Counted from the stretch's first letter, positions 44,975-54,435 are shown. The stretch: 64,000 nt of DNA from Eubacteriales bacterium (GCA_045589515.1 JAZNPH010000050.1:137668-201667), one strand, 5' to 3'. Notes: generated by a model from the letters alone, not told the origin. Translations and numbers: made by a program.

Positions 44975-45913
44975 TTATGCCTTGCCGTTGCAGCCGAGTA
45001 CGTTGACCAGCTTGTGACGAACCAGCTCTTTGATGTTCGCGCGAGCGGGCTTCAGATATTCTCTGGGGTCGAACTTGTCGGGATGCTCGTTGAAGAACTT
45101 ACGGATGGTACCGGTCATAGCCAGACGGAGGTCAGAGTCGATGTTGATCTTACAAACAGCGGATCTGGAAGCTTCGCGGAGCTGCTCTTCGGGAACGCCG
45201 ATAGCGCCGGGCATTGCGCCGCCGTTCTCGTTGATCATCTGCACATAGTTCTGAGGAACGGAGGAAGAACCGTGGAGAACGATGGGGAAGCCGGGGAGCT
45301 TCTTCTCGCACTCGTGGAGTACGTCGAATCTCAGCTAGGGCTTGGTACCGGGCTTGAACTTGTAAGCGCCGTGGGAAGTACCGATAGCGATTGCCAGAGA
45401 GTCGCATCCGGTTCTGGAAACGAATTCCTCAACCTCTTCGGGTCTGGTGTAGGAAGCCGCGCCTGCGTCAACCTTAACGTCGTCCTCGATACCTGCCAGG
45501 GTACCCAGCTCAGCCTCAACCACAACACCGTGAGCGTGAGCGTATTCAACTACCTTCTTGGTGATCTCAATGTTCTCTTCGAAGGGCTTGGAGGAAGCGT
45601 CGATCATAACGGAAGTGAAGCCGCCGTCGATGCAAGCCTTACAGGTTTCGAAGTCGGGACCGTGGTCCAGGTGAAGAACAACGGGGATCTCGGGGCATTC
45701 CAGAACTGCAGCCTCAACCAGCTTTACCAGATAGGTGTGGTTAGCGTAAGCGCGTGCACCCTTGGAAACCTGGAGGATGACGGGAGCCATCTCTTCCTTA
45801 CAAGCCTCGGTGATCGCCTGAACGATCTCCATGTTGTTTACGTTGAAAGCACCGATAGCGTAGCCGCCTGCGTATGCCTTCTTAAACATCTCGGTAGAAT
45901 TGACAAGTGCCAT
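44975..45913 (-). pseudogene. fba: Class II fructose-1,6-bisphosphate aldolase interrupted by one in-frame TAG (45335-45337)
   Basis: Two ORF-track pieces (45335..45988 and 44975..45244) are in the same frame. Read through, the sequence is ...SHGAYKFKPGTKP*LRFDVLHECEKKLPGFPIVLHGSSSVPQNYVQMINENGG.... The total of 312 codons is normal for Fba. AAGGAG RBS and a terminator are present. Confidence 0.85.
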
Positions 45914-46003
45914 AATGTTTGAATCTCCTTTTGTAAAATCGCTTTTTAATCCGTCTAAGAGTTTACTCCAAAATGAATAAAATGTCAATAGTTTTTTGGC
46001 AAA

Positions 46004-47284
46004 TTATTCTTCGGATTCCGTTTCAATATACTCTGCAAAGCAGTAACCCTCGTGCCACATACCGGGGGAAACGTCGTAGCGGACGAAGTACCACAGATCA
46101 CCGTTCTCATCTGTCTCGGAACGCAGGATTTCCACGTGGGTGTTTTCGGGGATGGTGGCAATGATATTGGAATTGTCGGAGGTATCCATGGCCTTGCGCA
46201 TACGGAGACGGGTGGTGGTGCGGGGAAGCTCTGCGGGAGTGGTGTCCACGGATTCCTCGGGTTGGGAGGATTCTTCGGGCTCGGAGGATTCCTCGGGTTC
46301 GGAAGGCTCCTCGTCCTCGGAGGATTCTTCTGCTTCGGAGGATGCCTCAACTTCGGAGGATTCTTCTGTCGCGGATTCTTCCGCGGAGCTTTCTCCTGCG
46401 GGAAGAGAGCTTTCCGTTTGAGAGACGGGGTCGGTGCTGCCTTCGGCGGGAGAGGTGGAGAACCAATAGATTACGTAGGTCAAAGCACCTACCAGCAACA
46501 GTGCAAGCAGAACATACAGCCAGGAGGTAAGCTTTTTGGAAATGGTCACGGGCTTTTCCTCGGGCGCAGACTCGTAGGATGCGGGAAGCTCTGCTTCCAC
46601 GGCCTGCAAGGCGGCGGCTACCCGTTCATCCAACTCTGCGGGCGGGTTGCAGTTTCTGCCGCAGGTGCGCAGCAGTCTGCCCAGATGGGGACGCAACAGC
46701 TCACCGAAGCCGGGAGCGGAAGCTTCCATCCCTGCGATCAAAGCCTCGTTGGCGTTATAGATACGGCATTTTGCGGTGGCCACGGAGCAGCCTGCCACGG
46801 AGGCGACCTCTTCCGGGGTGAAGGAGGCGTAATCGTACAACAGAACACAAAGTCTGTCGCTGTCGGGAAGCTTGTTCACAAGCTCCGTTACCGCCTCCAG
46901 ATCCGCGCGGCGGATGGTGGGCTCGGGAGTGGGAAGCTTGTTGTCCGCCACCATCTGCTCAAAGCAGTCTGTGTCGGGGTTTTCCACAGGCTCGATGTTG
47001 GCAGAGCCGCCGCGAAGACTTGCCAGCGCGATCTTCGCAAAATAAAAGGCGTTTCCACAGACCCAATGATAGAAGGTCTGCTCCCTCGGGAGCTGACGGA
47101 TATTCCGTCTTGCATACGTGAAGGTGTCCTCCGTCACATCCAGCGCTACGTCGCTATCACCCACCAGGGTCAGGCAGAAATAATAGATCCGCTTTCCGTA
47201 AGCGGAATAAAGTGAACCGAACGCGGCAGAATCGCCCTTTTTGGCATCCGCCGTGAGTTTCGCAATGCGTTCCGTTTCTGTCAT
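46004..47284 (-). CDS. Sigma-70 family (ECF-like) factor fused to a TM segment, an acidic linker and a C-terminal SH3b-like domain
   Basis: Region 2 (FGSLYSAYGKRIYYFCLTLVGDSDVALDVTEDTF), region 4 (LPDSDRLCVLLYDYASFTPEEVASVAGCSVATAKCRIYNA) and a TM segment (WLYVLLALLLVGALTYVIYWF). The C-terminal ...TRLRMRKAMDTSDNSNIIATIPENTHVEIL...WYFVRY... is SH3b-like. Confidence 0.75.
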   Translation of the reverse strand: MTETERIAKLTADAKKGDSAAFGSLYSAYGKRIYYFCLTLVGDSDVALDVTEDTFTYARRNIRQLPREQTFYHWVCGNAFYFAKIALASLRGGSANIEPVENPDTDCFEQMVADNKLPTPEPTIRRADLEAVTELVNKLPDSDRLCVLLYDYASFTPEEVASVAGCSVATAKCRIYNANEALIAGMEASAPGFGELLRPHLGRLLRTCGRNCNPPAELDERVAAALQAVEAELPASYESAPEEKPVTISKKLTSWLYVLLALLLVGALTYVIYWFSTSPAEGSTDPVSQTESSLPAGESSAEESATEESSEVEASSEAEESSEDEEPSEPEESSEPEESSQPEESVDTTPAELPRTTTRLRMRKAMDTSDNSNIIATIPENTHVEILRSETDENGDLWYFVRYDVSPGMWHEGYCFAEYIETESEE

Positions 47285-47586
47285 GTTTGCGTCCTCTCTT
47301 TCCATATTCTAAAACAGGTATTTTTTCTTCCGTATTTTATTATACCGATTTTCCTGCCTCTGTCAAGGAGGATGGATAGAAAGTTTTGTGAACAAATGGG
47401 AAATTTCCCGGCTTTGCCCCGGAGGACCGCCTCGGAGGTGCAGAGGAAGGGGAAATGGTAGTGGTTTCGCCAAACATCCCCCACAAGATACGGTAGTTGA
47501 CAAAATCCTCGTTTTGTGTTATAATACCTGCGTATGTCTCTGAGATGAGACGGTTTCGCTTCGTTTATTACTATGGAGGTTGGCTC

Positions 47587-49941
47587 ATGAATCCAAAAAC
47601 AAAGCACCGAAAGCACCCGCTCAAACGGTGTTTGTCTCTGATGCTTGCTCTGCTTGTTTTGTTCACCGTGCCGGTGATCCCCTCCACCACCGTTTCCGCG
47701 GGGGTGAAGGATAATATTGCCAAGCTGAATGAGTGGCAGCAGATCTACCTGCGGGTCATCAGCTGCCTGGCGTTGAAGGATTCCTATGAATCCGGTATTT
47801 TCCCCTCCCTGACTGCAGGGCAGGCGGTTTATGAGAGCGGCTGGGCACGCTACGGGCTTTCTGTGGTTGCCCATAACCAATACGGCATCAAGGCTTATTC
47901 CAGCTGGGAAGGTAAGGTCATCGACTATAAGCAGTACGTGATCTACGACAGCTACGAGGATCTGGTGCGTATCAAGGGTGCTTCCTACGCCCGTCACGGC
48001 AGTATCTGGCGTGCTTACGACAGCTGGGATGAAAGCATCGCAGACCATTCCGCCCTGCTCTCCACCGATCGCTACGAGGGTGTACGCAAGGCAAGAAATT
48101 ATAAAAAAGCCATTCAGGCCATGATCGACGCGGGGTATTCCTCCAACGACGATTACGTGGATAAGCTGGTGGATATCATCAAGACCTACGGGTTGGACGC
48201 TCTGGACGACGTTGAGGTGGATGAGAAGGGTATCTTCGGATTGATCATGAACCAGTCCAAGGTTGCCATCCCCGTGAACGGCTCCCTGTCGCTTTCCGCT
48301 ACCACCTATCCCGAGGTGGTGGACGTCGGCGTGGAATGGAAGTCCAGCAATCCCAAGGTTGCCAAGGTGGACGATCAGGGGAACGTCACCGCCCTGCAGC
48401 AGGGTGTGGCGCTGATCACCGCTACATACAACGGCAAGGAAGCAGCCTGCGCGGTATGCGTAGGCACCAACGGCTTTGTCTTTGACGACGACGTGGCCAT
48501 CCGCTCCACCCCCGACAGAGATTCCAACTCTCTGGGGAAGGTGTACCGCGGTATGCCCATTGCCGTGGTGGACGGCAAGCTGTATAAATCCTCCGACGGT
48601 ACCAAGTACTACCGCGTCCGCGCCAATTGCACCAACGGCAAGATCGTTGAGGGCTACGCCATTGCGGAATGCATCTACCTGAATACCCGTGAGGTATCCG
48701 TCATCTCCACAAAGCAGGAATTAAACCTGAACGTGAACGTGGAGTACGAGATCGAAGTGGAGATCGCTCCCGCCGACGCTATCGACAAAACGTTGGAATG
48801 GAGCTCCTCCGACGAATCCATCGTCAGCGTGGATCAGGAGGGATGGATCACCACCCACCAGCCCGGTACGGCCACCATCCGTATCACCGCAGTGAACAGC
48901 GTTTATCTGGACGTTGTGGTACACGTGGGCGGTACGGTGAACTATAAGGGTATCACCACTGCCAACTTGTACGTTCGCTCCAGCCCAAGTTCCGGGGCTT
49001 CGACCCTGGGTCTGGTTGCGGAGGGCACCGAGATCACCCTGATCGGCGAGCCTGTGAACGGCTGGTACCACGTGGAAGCTAAACTGATCAACGGCAACGT
49101 CGTGGACGGCTATTGCTACAGCACGTATATCGAATTGGATTCCGACAGAAACCCCGAGATCGGCTCTAACCAGCGCGAGCGGGACGGATACATTTCCGTA
49201 AATTCCGGCTCTTCTCTGAACCTGCGGTCTACCGCGGGCACGGCGGGGAAGAAGGTGGTCTCTGCGGATAACGGTACCACGGTGCTGATCGTCGGAGAGG
49301 ACATCATTCTCAACAACGAGCCCGTCTACAAGACCTGGTACTACGTTCACCTGTATCTGGACGGCGAATTCTACGAGGGCTACGTAGCCGCAGACTTTGT
49401 TACCGTCACCAAGGACAGGCCTCCCGTGCAGGAGGATCCCAATGAAGAACCGGACGACCCCTGGGAGGATCCCGATAATACCCCCGGGTTTATCCCCGTG
49501 CCTCCCATCGATCTGCCCGATCCCAACGAGATTCCCGGCTACATTCCTCCGGAATACATTCTTACCGATACGGTGATCCGCGGCATCAGCCCCGAAACCA
49601 CCGTGGCACAGTTGCGGGAAAAGGCAGGGCCTTTGGTGGACGTATTCGACAGCGAAGGCAACAAGCTGGCGGACAATGCCGAGGTTGCCACCGGTTGCGA
49701 GGCCCGTTACGTGATCGGCTCCACCGTGATCCGCTCCGTAACCATCATCGTGAGAGGGGACTTGAACGCCGACGGCAGAGTCAACTCCGTGGACTATATG
49801 ATGTTAAAGCGTTACGCCATGCACACCTATGATCTGGACGAAAACGGCATTTACGCCGCCCTGCTCACAGATAAGGACGAGCCCACCGCAGTGGACTATA
49901 TCATGCTCAAGCGTTACGTGCTGGGCAAATTCAGACTGTAA
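47587..49941 (+). CDS. Secreted GH73-type N-acetylglucosaminidase with Big_2 (Ig-like) repeats, SH3b repeats and a C-terminal dockerin-like module
   Basis: ...TAGQAVYESGWARYGLSVVAHNQYGIKAY... (glucosaminidase). Two Ig-like repeats (KSSNPKVAKVDDQGNVTAL, SSSDESIVSVDQEGWITT). The SH3b-like repeats carry the typical NVRS/NLRS motif. The C-terminus is GDLNADGRVNSVDYMMLKRY...DYIMLKRYVLG. Confidence 0.8.
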   Translation: MNPKTKHRKHPLKRCLSLMLALLVLFTVPVIPSTTVSAGVKDNIAKLNEWQQIYLRVISCLALKDSYESGIFPSLTAGQAVYESGWARYGLSVVAHNQYGIKAYSSWEGKVIDYKQYVIYDSYEDLVRIKGASYARHGSIWRAYDSWDESIADHSALLSTDRYEGVRKARNYKKAIQAMIDAGYSSNDDYVDKLVDIIKTYGLDALDDVEVDEKGIFGLIMNQSKVAIPVNGSLSLSATTYPEVVDVGVEWKSSNPKVAKVDDQGNVTALQQGVALITATYNGKEAACAVCVGTNGFVFDDDVAIRSTPDRDSNSLGKVYRGMPIAVVDGKLYKSSDGTKYYRVRANCTNGKIVEGYAIAECIYLNTREVSVISTKQELNLNVNVEYEIEVEIAPADAIDKTLEWSSSDESIVSVDQEGWITTHQPGTATIRITAVNSVYLDVVVHVGGTVNYKGITTANLYVRSSPSSGASTLGLVAEGTEITLIGEPVNGWYHVEAKLINGNVVDGYCYSTYIELDSDRNPEIGSNQRERDGYISVNSGSSLNLRSTAGTAGKKVVSADNGTTVLIVGEDIILNNEPVYKTWYYVHLYLDGEFYEGYVAADFVTVTKDRPPVQEDPNEEPDDPWEDPDNTPGFIPVPPIDLPDPNEIPGYIPPEYILTDTVIRGISPETTVAQLREKAGPLVDVFDSEGNKLADNAEVATGCEARYVIGSTVIRSVTIIVRGDLNADGRVNSVDYMMLKRYAMHTYDLDENGIYAALLTDKDEPTAVDYIMLKRYVLGKFRL

Positions 49942-49943
49942 AA

Positions 49944-49986
49944 CAAAAGATCCGAGTTTTGAAAGACTCGGATCTTTGTTTTTTTA
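49944..49986. terminator. Bidirectional terminator between convergent genes
   Basis: AGATCCGAGT/ACTCGGATCT 10-bp stem flanked by an A-run and TTTGTTTTTTT. Confidence 0.7.
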
Positions 49987-50994
49987 TTGCTTGTTCGGTT
50001 CTTTGCGAGAACAGCCCGCTCTGCCGCCGCCGGCACAGGCGCAGGCACAGGCACAGGCGCACCCTCTGCCGCCGCCTCCGCGGCTGTTTTGGGCATCGCG
50101 GTAAGTGCGGTAACGGGGATTTACCCGCCCGTAATGATGTACGTGATAGCCTCCGCTGCGGATAAAGCCCCGCCCGCGGTGATAGGAAACGTAGCTATCC
50201 ACAATGTAGACCTCTGCAATGATCAGCAAAGCGGCAAAGAGGATCGCCATGATCCGTATCCCCCACAGGGTATTCTGCAGTTCGTTATAGGCGTCATCGT
50301 CGTCAAAGGAGTAGAACTCCACCGTTTCGGCAGTGGGGAAGGACCCTTCCCGATAGTGCACCTCCATGGGAACGTATTCTCCGCACTCCAAAGAGCCCTG
50401 CCAGATAAGCCAGCCCAAGCCGTCGCTTTGGGTATTGGAGGAAACAACGTCAAAGGAATCCTTCCAACGGAAGGTGTACTGCTCCACGGGGGTGGCGTTG
50501 AACCAGCCGGGAACGAAGTAGAAATACCGTTCCTTTCCCTCGCCGTGCAACAGATCCCGTTGATTGATCTTGAAGGAGAACTGCACCTTGTCCCCACCGG
50601 TATATGCTCGGGGGAAGTCCATACGGACGTAGCAGTAGCCGTCGTAAACTTCACGGGTGGCGGTGCCGCCTTTTACGGAGTCCGGGTACAGGGAGAAGTT
50701 GCTGTTGGCGATGCCGATCTCCACCCAGGTGAGAGGTTCTTCCTCATCCAGCGCCGTCCAGATAAACTCGTAGGTAATATCCAAAGAGCCGTTTTCCAAG
50801 GGCTCCACCGTCACGGTGTAGGAATCGATCTTATCCTGAGGTGCAGGGGCTTTTGCAAAGATGGCAAGGCAGACCAGAACGATCTGCGCCACGATGCAAA
50901 GCACCAAAAGAAAGGTCTTCAAAGCGGGGAAGGTGCGATGTTTGCGAATATATTCCGGGGAGAACTTGTCCTCTGCCGTCTTTTTCTTAGCCAT
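49984..50994 (-). CDS. DUF2207-like membrane protein with a Gly/Cys-Ala repeat C-terminal tail
   Basis: N-terminal TM segment, ~200-aa ectodomain, second TM segment, then the tail ...RGGGGRGCACACACACAGGGRAGCSRKEPNKQ. Its start overlaps the radical SAM stop by 8 nt. Confidence 0.7.
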   Translation of the reverse strand: MAKKKTAEDKFSPEYIRKHRTFPALKTFLLVLCIVAQIVLVCLAIFAKAPAPQDKIDSYTVTVEPLENGSLDITYEFIWTALDEEEPLTWVEIGIANSNFSLYPDSVKGGTATREVYDGYCYVRMDFPRAYTGGDKVQFSFKINQRDLLHGEGKERYFYFVPGWFNATPVEQYTFRWKDSFDVVSSNTQSDGLGWLIWQGSLECGEYVPMEVHYREGSFPTAETVEFYSFDDDDAYNELQNTLWGIRIMAILFAALLIIAEVYIVDSYVSYHRGRGFIRSGGYHVHHYGRVNPRYRTYRDAQNSRGGGGRGCACACACACAGGGRAGCSRKEPNKQ

Positions 50995-52360
50995 GGCGTG
51001 CCTCCTTTCGAAAGGGGCAGGCTTCCGCCTCTTTTTCCGTCATCCCGCGGAGCTTTTTGCACACAGGGCGGTTCCAGATGGCTTTCCAATCCTCGGTAAG
51101 CAGGTTGCCCAGACCGCTGTCCGCCTTCAGCCAGCTTTGGCAGGGGATCACCGTGCCGTCGGGAGCTACCGCCATGTTGGAAAGGCAAGCCCCGCAGATA
51201 GGAACGTGAAGTTCCAAGGTTTCCAGCTTTTCCCTTGCGATCAGCCCGGGGGAGGTGAAGTCCATCTCCATGCCGTGGGTGTCGCAGAAGGCCTTTGCCT
51301 TTTCCACAATAGCAAAAAGCGCTTCCTCGGTGAGCTGTTTTTCCGTGGTTTCGGCGGCGCTCCCCGTCAGGATCAGCCCGCTGAGGGTCACGAACCGCAC
51401 CCCCAAGTCCTTCAGGAAGGAAAGGGTGCTTTCGTAGTCTTTGTTGGCGTGGCAAAGGGGCGTGTTCACACTGACGTCCAGCCCTGCCGCCAGGGCGTTG
51501 CGGATGCCCTGTACGGTGTCTGCAAAATGGGTACTGCCCACCAGACGGTTATGGATGTCTTCGTCATGGGAATACAGGGTGATCTGAACGCTGTCCAGAC
51601 TTGCCGCTTTCAGCTGTTCGCAAAGGGGACGGGAAAGCAAAACGCCGTTGGTGTTCAAACGGGTGACGAACCACTTGGCGTATTCCACCAACTCCGGCAG
51701 ATCCTCCCGCAGGGTTGGCTCCCCACCGGTAAAGGTGACCATGGGCACGCGGGACTCACGCAGGGTGTCCAGAATTCCCTTCCATTCTTGGGTGGAAAGC
51801 TCGGGTCTTGCTCCCAGGGGCTCATTTTCCGCATAGCAAAACAGGCAGTTCTGGTTGCAACGCCTATTACCCTTTCCGTCGGCCATGGCGGAGATCATCA
51901 GATCCATTCTGTGGGGTGCGGACATATGCTTGGCGTATGCCTGCAGGGAAAGGGTTTCGATCATCGCTTCCGTTTTCTCTCCCTGCGCCACGGCGAACAG
52001 CACGTTCAGCATTTCCTGCAGGTCATCCTCCAAAACCGCCTTGTCTGCCGAAGGGTAGACCTTTTTCGTTTTGGCAATGGTTTGGGCGAAGATACGCTCT
52101 TCGTCTGCGGGGGTGATCTCTTTGCCGTCAAAGGCGTTGACCTCGTCCATGAAATGGGAAAGCATCACCGCCCAGGAATAGCCCAAGGGCAACAGGTAAT
52201 ACCCGTTTAAGATCACGATATGGCTTGGATTGCCGAACAGGGAGAACTTGGGCGGGATCAAATGGATCCGCACCACTCCCGGCCCCATGGGGTCAAAGGT
52301 GCAGTGCTTCACGCCCTTTTGCCATTCCCGCTTTTGGGCAAGCTTGTTTTTGAAGCTCAT
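50987..52360 (-). CDS. Radical SAM protein with a SPASM-type C-terminal domain and a ~130-aa N-terminal extension
   Basis: CNQNCLFC (CxxxCxxC). GGEPTL. The Cys-rich C-terminus is ...VPICGACLSNMAVAPDGTVIPCQ...CPF.... It starts 3 nt after the prfA stop. Confidence 0.85.
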   Translation of the reverse strand: MSFKNKLAQKREWQKGVKHCTFDPMGPGVVRIHLIPPKFSLFGNPSHIVILNGYYLLPLGYSWAVMLSHFMDEVNAFDGKEITPADEERIFAQTIAKTKKVYPSADKAVLEDDLQEMLNVLFAVAQGEKTEAMIETLSLQAYAKHMSAPHRMDLMISAMADGKGNRRCNQNCLFCYAENEPLGARPELSTQEWKGILDTLRESRVPMVTFTGGEPTLREDLPELVEYAKWFVTRLNTNGVLLSRPLCEQLKAASLDSVQITLYSHDEDIHNRLVGSTHFADTVQGIRNALAAGLDVSVNTPLCHANKDYESTLSFLKDLGVRFVTLSGLILTGSAAETTEKQLTEEALFAIVEKAKAFCDTHGMEMDFTSPGLIAREKLETLELHVPICGACLSNMAVAPDGTVIPCQSWLKADSGLGNLLTEDWKAIWNRPVCKKLRGMTEKEAEACPFRKEARHG

Positions 52361-52363
52361 GGA

Positions 52364-53434
52364 TCATGCCTCCTCGTTACCGGAAAGTTGTGCCGTGCGG
52401 TCTGCTACGGAGAGGGCCTCGATCATTTCCTCCAAATTGCCGTTCAAGAAGCCGTTCAGGTCGTACAGGGAAAGTCCGATACGGTGATCGGTGACTCTGC
52501 CCTGGGGATAGTTGTAGGTGCGGATCCGCTCGGAACGGTCCCCGGTGCCGATCTGACTGCGGCGCTTGGAGGATTGCGCCTCCTCCGCCTTTTGCTTTTC
52601 CATGGCGGCCAGGCGGGATTTCATGATCTCAATGGCCTTGGCCTTGTTCTGGAGCTGACTGCGCTGATCCTGGCAGTCCACCACCAGCCCCGTGGGCTTG
52701 TGGATGATGCGGATGGCGGACTCCGTTTTGTTTACGTGCTGACCCCCTGCGCCGGAGCTTTTGTGGGTGGTGATCTCCAGATCCTCCATGTTCAGCTGGT
52801 AGTCCACCTCCTCTGCCTCGGGGAGAACGGCCACGGTGGCGGTAGAGGTCTGGATCCTGCCCTGGGACTCTGTTTCGGGAACTCTCTGCACACGGTGAAC
52901 GCCGCTTTCGTATTTCAGCTTGGCGTAAGCCCCCGTTCCCTTGATCAGGAAAGAGACCTCCTTCATGCCTCCCAGCTCCGTCTCGTTGCAGTAAGCCAGC
53001 TCGAAGGCAAAGCGGTTGGCGTCGGCGTACATATGGTACATACGGTAGAGCACATAGGCGAACAGGCAGGCTTCCTCGCCCCCCGCCCCTGCGCGGATCT
53101 CCACCACCACGTTTTTGTCGTCGTCGGGATCCTTGGGAAGCAGGAGAAGCTTCAGCTCTTCCTCCAATTTTTCCATGGTTTCTTTTGCTTCCGCCGCCTG
53201 CAGTTCCGCCAGCTCCTTCAGTTCGGGATCGTTTTCCCCCAGCAGAAGCTGTGCTTCCTCAAGGTCGGCGTTTGCTTTTTTATAGGCGCCAAAGGCCTCC
53301 ATAATGGGTGTCAGCTCTTTGTATTCCTTCATGAGTGCCTTGTAGCGCTCCATATCGGAGACCACGTTGGCATCGGAAAGGCCGGCCTCCACCTCTTGGT
53401 ATCTTTTTTCGATTTGGGTGAGTTTGTCTGTCAT
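52364..53434 (-). CDS. prfA: Peptide chain release factor 1
   Basis: MTDKLTQIEKRYQEVE..., PxT-type tripeptide region, and the GGQ motif in ...HKSSGAGGQHVNKTESAIRI.... ATG at 53434 follows AAGGAG. Confidence 0.95.
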   Translation of the reverse strand: MTDKLTQIEKRYQEVEAGLSDANVVSDMERYKALMKEYKELTPIMEAFGAYKKANADLEEAQLLLGENDPELKELAELQAAEAKETMEKLEEELKLLLLPKDPDDDKNVVVEIRAGAGGEEACLFAYVLYRMYHMYADANRFAFELAYCNETELGGMKEVSFLIKGTGAYAKLKYESGVHRVQRVPETESQGRIQTSTATVAVLPEAEEVDYQLNMEDLEITTHKSSGAGGQHVNKTESAIRIIHKPTGLVVDCQDQRSQLQNKAKAIEIMKSRLAAMEKQKAEEAQSSKRRSQIGTGDRSERIRTYNYPQGRVTDHRIGLSLYDLNGFLNGNLEEMIEALSVADRTAQLSGNEEA

Positions 53435-53489
53435 AGTGAAACTCCTTCGTTCATACAATGAAACAAGAAAAAACTGCAAAGGAACGTTG

Positions 53490-54422
53490 ATGAAAATGAA
53501 ACGAAATACATATTTTCCCGAAGGCGGGCTGTTGCGTACCGAAAGTAACCGCACCTATACCGCCTCGGCCGAGGGCTTGCGGTGCGCCATGGAGGATGGG
53601 ATCATCCTGGAGGGACGAAGCTATCTCTGCGACGAGGATCGGGATCTTCACGTGTCTCTCGGGCAGTTCCGCGGGATCATGCCCAAGGAGGAATGCCTGT
53701 ACACAGGCGGGGGAGAGATCAAGGATATCGCCATCATCTCCCGTGTGGGGAAGCCTGTCTGCTGTAAGATCATCGATCTGAAAACCGACGAAAACGGCAG
53801 GCCCTACCCCATCCTTTCCCGCAAGGAGGCCCAGCGGGAATGTATGCATAACATGATCGAAAAGCTTTGCCCCGGGGACGTGGTGGATGCAAAGGTCACC
53901 CATCTGGACCCCTTCGGTGCTTTCTGCGATATCGGTTGCGGGCTGGTGTCCCTTATGCCCATCGACTGTATGTCCGTTTCCCGTATCAACCACCCCAGAG
54001 AACGGTTCGTGGTGGGGCAGAGGATCCGTGCGGTGATCAAGCATTCCGCAGACGAGTTCGGGCGGATCACCCTTTCCCATCGGGAGCTTTTGGGCACCTG
54101 GGAGGAGAACGCAAGCCGCTTTTCTCCGGGGCAGACCGCCGCAGGCATCGTCCGCAGTGTGGAAAGCTACGGTATCTTCGTGGAGCTTGCACCCAATCTG
54201 GCAGGACTTGCGGAGTGCAAGTCCGACGTACATCCCGGACAGAACGCCGCGGTGTATATCAAGAGCATCCTCCCGGGGAAGATGAAGATCAAGCTGGCCA
54301 TCATCGACGTGTGCGAGGGGGACGGGCTGATGAACGATTACCGCTACCCCGACACCCACCATCTGGACGGCTGGCAGTATTCACCCCCGGAATGCGATAA
54401 GCTCATCGAAACGGTGTTTTGA
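53490..54422 (+). CDS. S1 RNA-binding domain-containing protein
   Basis: Two S1-like OB folds (...GDVVDAKVTHLDPFGAFCDIGCGLVSLMP... and ...GQTAAGIVRSVESYGIFVELAPNLAGLAE...). The ATG at 53490 gives MKMKRN.... Confidence 0.75.
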   Translation: MKMKRNTYFPEGGLLRTESNRTYTASAEGLRCAMEDGIILEGRSYLCDEDRDLHVSLGQFRGIMPKEECLYTGGGEIKDIAIISRVGKPVCCKIIDLKTDENGRPYPILSRKEAQRECMHNMIEKLCPGDVVDAKVTHLDPFGAFCDIGCGLVSLMPIDCMSVSRINHPRERFVVGQRIRAVIKHSADEFGRITLSHRELLGTWEENASRFSPGQTAAGIVRSVESYGIFVELAPNLAGLAECKSDVHPGQNAAVYIKSILPGKMKIKLAIIDVCEGDGLMNDYRYPDTHHLDGWQYSPPECDKLIETVF

Positions 54423-54435
54423 TAAGGATTTACGC

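Noticed and set aside
45335-45337. The TAG in fba as evidence of stop-codon reassignment or pyrrolysine.
   Set aside because: TAG terminates other well-supported genes in this window, and prfA (RF1) is present. No pyl genes are seen. A point mutation or sequencing error is more parsimonious.
46230-46400. Repetitive GAGGATTC(T/C)TC motifs as a DNA repeat element.
   Set aside because: They are the reverse complement of codons for the Ser/Glu/Pro acidic linker of the sigma-fusion protein. Similar linkers occur in many lipoproteins here, so this is coding low-complexity sequence.
50025-50065. The GGCACAGGCGCAGGCACAGGCACAGGCGCA hexanucleotide microsatellite as a non-coding or phase-variation repeat.
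   Set aside because: It lies in-frame inside the DUF2207-like gene and encodes the Cys-Ala/Gly tail. It is treated as coding low-complexity sequence, though slippage in multiples of 6 would remain in frame.
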